From assembly GCA_000004985.1 (NCBI GenBank), contig GG738963.1: a stretch of DNA of 18,443 bases; one strand, written 5' to 3'. Positions 9,621 to 17,100 of this stretch are shown piece after piece (position 1 is the first letter of the stretch; each line of letters begins with the position of its first letter). Position numbers and translations under genes: made by a program. The notes beneath the pieces were generated by a model. That model made no database searches and had not been told where the DNA came from. It saw only the letters and a list, made by a program, of their open reading frames with translations. The DNA comes from Naegleria gruberi. Taxonomy: Eukaryota.

Positions 9621-9658
9621 GTAGGTTTTTATTGAGCTTGTGATTACAATTAATTCAG
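9621..9658 (+). other. Spliceosomal intron (38 nt, phase 1) in the 4CL-like gene.
   Basis: GTAGGTTTTTATTGAGCTTGTGATTACAATTAATTCAG. Removing it joins g(9620)+ta(9659-9660) to give Val. It links ...TETGPVCC to VCPDDNVKVGSVGLLLP, which aligns with luciferase ITPEGDDKPGAVGKVVP. Without it the frame ends at TGA 9641-9643. No other GT..AG pair restores the frame. Confidence 0.75.
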
Positions 9659-10221
9659 TATGTCCTGATGATAATGTAAAGGTTGGATCTGTTGGATTGT
9701 TACTTCCACTCACCGATTTGAAAATACTCGATTTGGAAACAGAAGAAGAAATTACACAAGTTGGAAAACAAGGTGAATTATGTTTTAGTGGACCACAAAT
9801 GATGAAAGGGTATTTAAATAATGAGGAAGCAACAAAATATACTTTAAGAAATGGCTTTATTCATACAGGAGATGTGGGATATATTGATAGTGATGGATTC
9901 TTATACATTGTGGATAGAGTTAAGGAATTGATCAAATATAATGGATATCAAGTACCTCCTGCTGAACTAGAAGGAATCCTACTGAAACATCCTAAAATTC
10001 TGGATGCTGCTGTAATTGGTATACAGGACGAAACTGTGGGTGAATTACCAAAGGCATTTGTAGTTATGAGACCAAATGAAACTCTCTCAGAGGATGAGGT
10101 CATGAATTTCGTGGCAGAGCATGTCTCTCCACAAAGAAGAGTAAGGTTGGTTGAATTCGTAAAAGAAATTCCAAAATCTTCGAGTGGCAAAATATTGAGA
10201 AGATTATTGAGACAACGTTAG
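9659..10221 (+). CDS. 4CL-like: 4CL-like acyl-CoA synthetase, C-terminal exon to TAG stop. Reconstructed protein about 530 aa.
   Basis: GELCFSGPQMMKGYLNNEEAT, HTGDVGYIDSDGFLYIVDRVKELIKYNGYQVPPAELEGILLKHP and SSGKILRRLLRQR match the conserved ANL C-terminal domain ([53 protein letters not shown]). Stop TAG at 10219-10221. Confidence 0.88.
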
Positions 10222-10423
10222 AAGGATTGATTACAAAATTCAATATACACAAATTTGTGATTCGGTTTTTGAATTTTTCATCTATGAATCAAAGATGATT
10301 AACCACCAATTTCCACAGTATTACTTTCGTTTAGTAATAAGTACGCTCAACTATTGAAAACTATTTCAAAGAAGATTGTTTGCGAACTTTCACATTAGTT
10401 TTCCCTTGTGTATTGTCCATGCT

Positions 10424-10429
10424 AATAAA
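10424..10429 (+). promoter_or_regulatory. Candidate poly(A) signal AATAAA for the 4CL-like gene.
   Basis: Canonical hexamer about 200 nt downstream of the TAG stop, before the next gene's start region. Confidence 0.3.
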
Positions 10430-10611
10430 AAATTTACCCATTTTTGCCTGATGCATTTGCAATCTTGGAATTTTTTTATTGTTTTGTAATTAAAATAAGT
10501 GAAGAGGCCCAAACTAATCTTCCATAAAAGTGTTGCTTCCAAAATAAGAATTCGTTTAGACAACATTTTCACACGCAAACACAACTTAAAAGCACGACAA
10601 AACTTTAAAAA

Positions 10612-10759
10612 ATGCAACATTTACTCAAAGTCACTGTTGTGAAATGCACCTACCTGCCAAAAGTCGATTTGTTTGGCTCTTGTGATGCCTACGTTCAGTT
10701 GTGGGTCTCACACTCGGATCCAAACAAGTTTAAACTAACACAGACTGATGATTCTGAGG
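10612..10759 (+). CDS. C2 (Ca2+/phospholipid-binding) domain protein, N-terminal fragment truncated by the N-run.
   Basis: ATG in an A-rich context (aaactttaaaaaATG). MQHLLKVTVVKCTYLPKVDLFGSCDAYVQLWVSHSDPNKFKLTQT fits the first beta-strands of a C2 domain (L.V.V..A..L...D..G.SDPYV.L pattern). Compare the Rsp5/Nedd4 and plant PLD-alpha N-terminal C2 domains. Confidence 0.6.
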
Positions 10760-13700
10760 NNNNNNNNNNNNNNNNNNNNNNNNNNNNNNNNNNNNNNNNN
10801 NNNNNNNNNNNNNNNNNNNNNNNNNNNNNNNNNNNNNNNNNNNNNNNNNNNNNNNNNNNNNNNNNNNNNNNNNNNNNNNNNNNNNNNNNNNNNNNNNNNN
10901 NNNNNNNNNNNNNNNNNNNNNNNNNNNNNNNNNNNNNNNNNNNNNNNNNNNNNNNNNNNNNNNNNNNNNNNNNNNNNNNNNNNNNNNNNNNNNNNNNNNN
11001 NNNNNNNNNNNNNNNNNNNNNNNNNNNNNNNNNNNNNNNNNNNNNNNNNNNNNNNNNNNNNNNNNNNNNNNNNNNNNNNNNNNNNNNNNNNNNNNNNNNN
11101 NNNNNNNNNNNNNNNNNNNNNNNNNNNNNNNNNNNNNNNNNNNNNNNNNNNNNNNNNNNNNNNNNNNNNNNNNNNNNNNNNNNNNNNNNNNNNNNNNNNN
11201 NNNNNNNNNNNNNNNNNNNNNNNNNNNNNNNNNNNNNNNNNNNNNNNNNNNNNNNNNNNNNNNNNNNNNNNNNNNNNNNNNNNNNNNNNNNNNNNNNNNN
11301 NNNNNNNNNNNNNNNNNNNNNNNNNNNNNNNNNNNNNNNNNNNNNNNNNNNNNNNNNNNNNNNNNNNNNNNNNNNNNNNNNNNNNNNNNNNNNNNNNNNN
11401 NNNNNNNNNNNNNNNNNNNNNNNNNNNNNNNNNNNNNNNNNNNNNNNNNNNNNNNNNNNNNNNNNNNNNNNNNNNNNNNNNNNNNNNNNNNNNNNNNNNN
11501 NNNNNNNNNNNNNNNNNNNNNNNNNNNNNNNNNNNNNNNNNNNNNNNNNNNNNNNNNNNNNNNNNNNNNNNNNNNNNNNNNNNNNNNNNNNNNNNNNNNN
11601 NNNNNNNNNNNNNNNNNNNNNNNNNNNNNNNNNNNNNNNNNNNNNNNNNNNNNNNNNNNNNNNNNNNNNNNNNNNNNNNNNNNNNNNNNNNNNNNNNNNN
11701 NNNNNNNNNNNNNNNNNNNNNNNNNNNNNNNNNNNNNNNNNNNNNNNNNNNNNNNNNNNNNNNNNNNNNNNNNNNNNNNNNNNNNNNNNNNNNNNNNNNN
11801 NNNNNNNNNNNNNNNNNNNNNNNNNNNNNNNNNNNNNNNNNNNNNNNNNNNNNNNNNNNNNNNNNNNNNNNNNNNNNNNNNNNNNNNNNNNNNNNNNNNN
11901 NNNNNNNNNNNNNNNNNNNNNNNNNNNNNNNNNNNNNNNNNNNNNNNNNNNNNNNNNNNNNNNNNNNNNNNNNNNNNNNNNNNNNNNNNNNNNNNNNNNN
12001 NNNNNNNNNNNNNNNNNNNNNNNNNNNNNNNNNNNNNNNNNNNNNNNNNNNNNNNNNNNNNNNNNNNNNNNNNNNNNNNNNNNNNNNNNNNNNNNNNNNN
12101 NNNNNNNNNNNNNNNNNNNNNNNNNNNNNNNNNNNNNNNNNNNNNNNNNNNNNNNNNNNNNNNNNNNNNNNNNNNNNNNNNNNNNNNNNNNNNNNNNNNN
12201 NNNNNNNNNNNNNNNNNNNNNNNNNNNNNNNNNNNNNNNNNNNNNNNNNNNNNNNNNNNNNNNNNNNNNNNNNNNNNNNNNNNNNNNNNNNNNNNNNNNN
12301 NNNNNNNNNNNNNNNNNNNNNNNNNNNNNNNNNNNNNNNNNNNNNNNNNNNNNNNNNNNNNNNNNNNNNNNNNNNNNNNNNNNNNNNNNNNNNNNNNNNN
12401 NNNNNNNNNNNNNNNNNNNNNNNNNNNNNNNNNNNNNNNNNNNNNNNNNNNNNNNNNNNNNNNNNNNNNNNNNNNNNNNNNNNNNNNNNNNNNNNNNNNN
12501 NNNNNNNNNNNNNNNNNNNNNNNNNNNNNNNNNNNNNNNNNNNNNNNNNNNNNNNNNNNNNNNNNNNNNNNNNNNNNNNNNNNNNNNNNNNNNNNNNNNN
12601 NNNNNNNNNNNNNNNNNNNNNNNNNNNNNNNNNNNNNNNNNNNNNNNNNNNNNNNNNNNNNNNNNNNNNNNNNNNNNNNNNNNNNNNNNNNNNNNNNNNN
12701 NNNNNNNNNNNNNNNNNNNNNNNNNNNNNNNNNNNNNNNNNNNNNNNNNNNNNNNNNNNNNNNNNNNNNNNNNNNNNNNNNNNNNNNNNNNNNNNNNNNN
12801 NNNNNNNNNNNNNNNNNNNNNNNNNNNNNNNNNNNNNNNNNNNNNNNNNNNNNNNNNNNNNNNNNNNNNNNNNNNNNNNNNNNNNNNNNNNNNNNNNNNN
12901 NNNNNNNNNNNNNNNNNNNNNNNNNNNNNNNNNNNNNNNNNNNNNNNNNNNNNNNNNNNNNNNNNNNNNNNNNNNNNNNNNNNNNNNNNNNNNNNNNNNN
13001 NNNNNNNNNNNNNNNNNNNNNNNNNNNNNNNNNNNNNNNNNNNNNNNNNNNNNNNNNNNNNNNNNNNNNNNNNNNNNNNNNNNNNNNNNNNNNNNNNNNN
13101 NNNNNNNNNNNNNNNNNNNNNNNNNNNNNNNNNNNNNNNNNNNNNNNNNNNNNNNNNNNNNNNNNNNNNNNNNNNNNNNNNNNNNNNNNNNNNNNNNNNN
13201 NNNNNNNNNNNNNNNNNNNNNNNNNNNNNNNNNNNNNNNNNNNNNNNNNNNNNNNNNNNNNNNNNNNNNNNNNNNNNNNNNNNNNNNNNNNNNNNNNNNN
13301 NNNNNNNNNNNNNNNNNNNNNNNNNNNNNNNNNNNNNNNNNNNNNNNNNNNNNNNNNNNNNNNNNNNNNNNNNNNNNNNNNNNNNNNNNNNNNNNNNNNN
13401 NNNNNNNNNNNNNNNNNNNNNNNNNNNNNNNNNNNNNNNNNNNNNNNNNNNNNNNNNNNNNNNNNNNNNNNNNNNNNNNNNNNNNNNNNNNNNNNNNNNN
13501 NNNNNNNNNNNNNNNNNNNNNNNNNNNNNNNNNNNNNNNNNNNNNNNNNNNNNNNNNNNNNNNNNNNNNNNNNNNNNNNNNNNNNNNNNNNNNNNNNNNN
13601 NNNNNNNNNNNNNNNNNNNNNNNNNNNNNNNNNNNNNNNNNNNNNNNNNNNNNNNNNNNNNNNNNNNNNNNNNNNNNNNNNNNNNNNNNNNNNNNNNNNN

Positions 13701-14065
13701 NNNNNNNNNNNNNNNNNNNNNNNNNNNNNNNNNNNNNNNNNNNNNNNNNNNNNNNNNNNNNNNNNNNNNNNNNNNNNNNNNNNNNNNNNNNNNNNNNNNN
13801 NNNNNNNNNNNNNNNNNNNNNNNNNNNNNNNNNNNNNNNNNNNNNNNNNNNNNNNNNNNNNNNNNNNNNNNNNNNNNNNNNNNNNNNNNNNNNNNNNNNN
13901 NNNNNNNNNNNNNNNNNNNNNNNNNNNNNNNNNNNNNNNNNNNNNNNNNNNNNNNNNNNNNNNNNNNNNNNNNNNNNNNNNNNNNNNNNNNNNNNNNNNN
14001 NNNNNNNNNNNNNNNNNNNNNNNNNNNNNNNNNNNNNNNNNNNNNNNNNNNNNNNNNNNNNNNNN
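10760..14065. other. N-run (3306 nt): assembly gap or masked sequence.
   Basis: Uninterrupted n. An isolated n at 14110 lies 45 nt past its right edge. Confidence 0.95.
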
Positions 14066-14119
14066 CCGTTCTATACATCACGTATGTCATACAGAATGAG
14101 TTTCAATATNTAATATTGT

Positions 14120-17100
14120 GAACTGACTCTGTTGGATACCATCTCTATAAATATAACAATATGAAAAGTGTCAACATTCAATTTCACATGCATGTTACTA
14201 TGTAGAGTCATCATTATATCATCTAAATAGGTTGTATTTCAAGTTTCAGTCACATTGACTGTCTAGATATTGAGATGTGAATACTAAGGCTGATGAAATG
14301 GTACCTTCACTGATTATTGACATGAACATTACAATTGATCATATGATTCTTGTATAAGTATTTCATTATTCAGTAATTGTGATATGATGGTAAAATTTAA
14401 TTTTGGAATTAAGATTCTTCCTAATTGATTACCTTAGATGTTCCTTAGTTGAGTTAAAGATATTTAGCCATGAATATGAAACTTTCTCAGATTGTTCTCC
14501 TCATCAAGCGGAGTGTATTCATACTTGATACTTGTATGATATATTGTAAATTGACTGAGATGGAGTATATTCTATATATTGAATTGTGACATTTTGAAAG
14601 ATTGTTATTATTATCATATTGAATTCAATTCTAACACTATGAAATTGATACCAGATGTATAATAGTGTGATTAAATGTATCTGGTAAAGTTACATGATGG
14701 TTGGATGTACTTTCGTTGAGATAGAGCGTACACTTGGATATAATCACTCTTAACATTGAACATTTACTGATTGACTGAATGTAAGTTTCATGAATTGTTT
14801 CAAAACGTATATAGATGCATATAAATGCTTTGGGTTGGGTTTTGGGAGACTGTAGGGTAAATCCATTACCCAAATTTAGTTGTCCAATTATTGAAAATTG
14901 ACTTTTACCAATATCATACTAGACGTTGTGCACTATATAATAAAAAAGAAATGGAATTTTAATTCACTGTACTTACTCAGAAAATCAACTCTGAAAAGTA
15001 GTGTTTAACTTTTATTTTTCATTTCCTAGTAACAAGTATGACTTGGAACACAATCATTTCAAATATGATAGATATACATATGAGTTGACTATAATCACAA
15101 AAATATTAGATAAATATAAAGTCTAGAAAAAGTTATAAGGCACTGCCTAAAACATAAAGATTTTTAACCTGTTGGGTCTGAAATTTCCAAGTTGAGTTGG
15201 AATGTAAATTTGAATATATTGTAGATATATAGATGAATAGATGATATTTTCAATAAATCATGTTGAATCAATATATATAAAAAGTTACATCTTGTCTAAA
15301 AATTAACTTTTCAACATTTATTGTACTATAATATGAATGTTATTAGAATCGTCACCAATCTCATATATATGATGTATAATGATGATATCTACCTTTTAGA
15401 AGTGTTTGAAATATAATATATAATATCCTTAGTATACTGTACTCATTCTACCTCAATTGACCAAGATATTGAGCTATACTATGGAAACACTATACCAATT
15501 TATTAAACTTGTTTATATTGTAGTAAATATCAAATATAATCATATATAATTGAAATAATCATTATTGGACCCATATTCAGACTGTAGGAAGTCAACTTGT
15601 GTGAAAATGACAATATTGGTAATTGAAGGATGAATATCTTACATGACTTAATTCCACTCATTCATACATGTCTAATTATCATGTATTATGATATTCAATT
15701 GAAATAATTGAAATCTATCATATATATAGGGAGATAACCAATTAGGATGAGAGAAGGGGAAATTACGCTCACTATTTACCAGGTAAACACTTTCAATAAG
15801 GACCTATATATTTTATTTGATAATATCGTTTAACTATATATATTATCGATAAATAATTGGTTTCATGATTTTAAATTCTATATTTCCAATTTGGGAAATG
15901 TTGCAATGTCTAATCTCAATAGAAATATTTCCATAATACCAATTATTGATTATATATCATGAAACTGATATTATAGACTCTAATTCATGTAAATATGAAT
16001 ATATGACTGAAATATTTGATTTTTGACATTTCTTAATGGCATGGGTAGTTCACTAAGGTAGTAACTTTGCCATATGACAACTATCTAAGATGATATTGAA
16101 ATCATTCCAAAATTGATTCTATGAGAGTATTTGATGATTATAACATGATAATATTGAATTGGTATTGATTCTTACCATTTATGACATGTAGGAATGTTAC
16201 CTTTGATCAATAGGATCAGTAACTTGACAGATATCCCATTTATAAAGATATTGATTTATATCACTCAGAAACGTTACCAATATCATTTATAAGAGTAGTG
16301 GTATGATATACTATCTTTTTGCACATCTTGATATTGACTTGTCATATTGTCATGAGTAGTCACCGACATGGCTAAATGACATGAATATTGAATGATGTCC
16401 AAATGATATGAAATTGATAGGAACCTCATTATATGATGTTAATAACATACTGTATCAATTTGGTAATGAATCTCATTATCCTTAGGGTTCTTCCGTATTG
16501 AGGTACCTTAATTGACTATCTCAATATTTAATATGAGATATGATATTTATTTCAATTCTATCATGTTATATATGTAATTTGAAGCATTTTGATATCAGTT
16601 TTGATATTTAAATATGATTTATTAGATGTCATATATAGCAACTCTTAGTTTTTCAAAATTGACTTTGAGATTCCCTTATGGACCAAATATATATGATCAA
16701 TTGATGAAACTAATATGAATCGACTAGATTTTCAATTGTGAACACAATGGTATCAATAGTTATATGATTCATGATAGTTTAAAATTGACTTGGTCATCTA
16801 AGGATAGGTCATTAAGGTTTGAATGAATTGATATGAAAGTCAATACCAATTATTGATATTCCATGATTAATTGATCTATATAACACATTATAATTGAAAG
16901 ATTTGTAAATTAATATGATTTCATTATCTTGACATTCATAATTCTCATGATTACACTCCTGACATGTTGAATGAGTTCAAATTGTGATGAAACTGATACA
17001 GTGGTGTTTATTAATCATTAGTAAGGTACTGTATCAATTTCATGATGATCTGTATAGTGGATGTCATTGTCACATCCCTGTAGGTATCAAGTGGATCAGC

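Noticed and set aside
8932-10190. Minus-strand ORFs of 86, 72 and 80 aa (8932-9192, 9248-9466, 9948-10190)
   Set aside because: They are antisense to strongly conserved 4CL-like coding sequence. They look like chance ORFs.
8402-10221. Alternative genetic code (ciliate TAA/TAG=Gln) suggested by TTGGG/TTTGGG tracts and tiny introns
   Set aside because: Both complete genes terminate with TAA/TAG exactly where their homologs' C-termini end. The gene-sized 4CL intron is 38 nt, not about 25 nt. The contig is a long multigene scaffold.
10390-10620. Minus-strand 76-aa ORF overlapping the C2 gene start
   Set aside because: It overlaps the poly(A)-signal and promoter spacer and the ATG of the C2 gene. 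It is Lys/Leu-rich and low-complexity.
14637-14873. Minus-strand 78-aa ORF inside the AT-rich block
   Set aside because: It is the only ORF in 4.3 kb, is Ile/Ser/Thr-rich and is consistent with chance in AT-rich DNA.
14855-14880. Nematode SL1 spliced-leader gene (ATTACCCAAATTTAG vs ATTACCCAAGTTTGAG)
   Set aside because: No GT donor follows the leader-like word (next bases ttgtcc). The 5' GGTTTAATT part is absent. I kept it only as a related motif of the island family.
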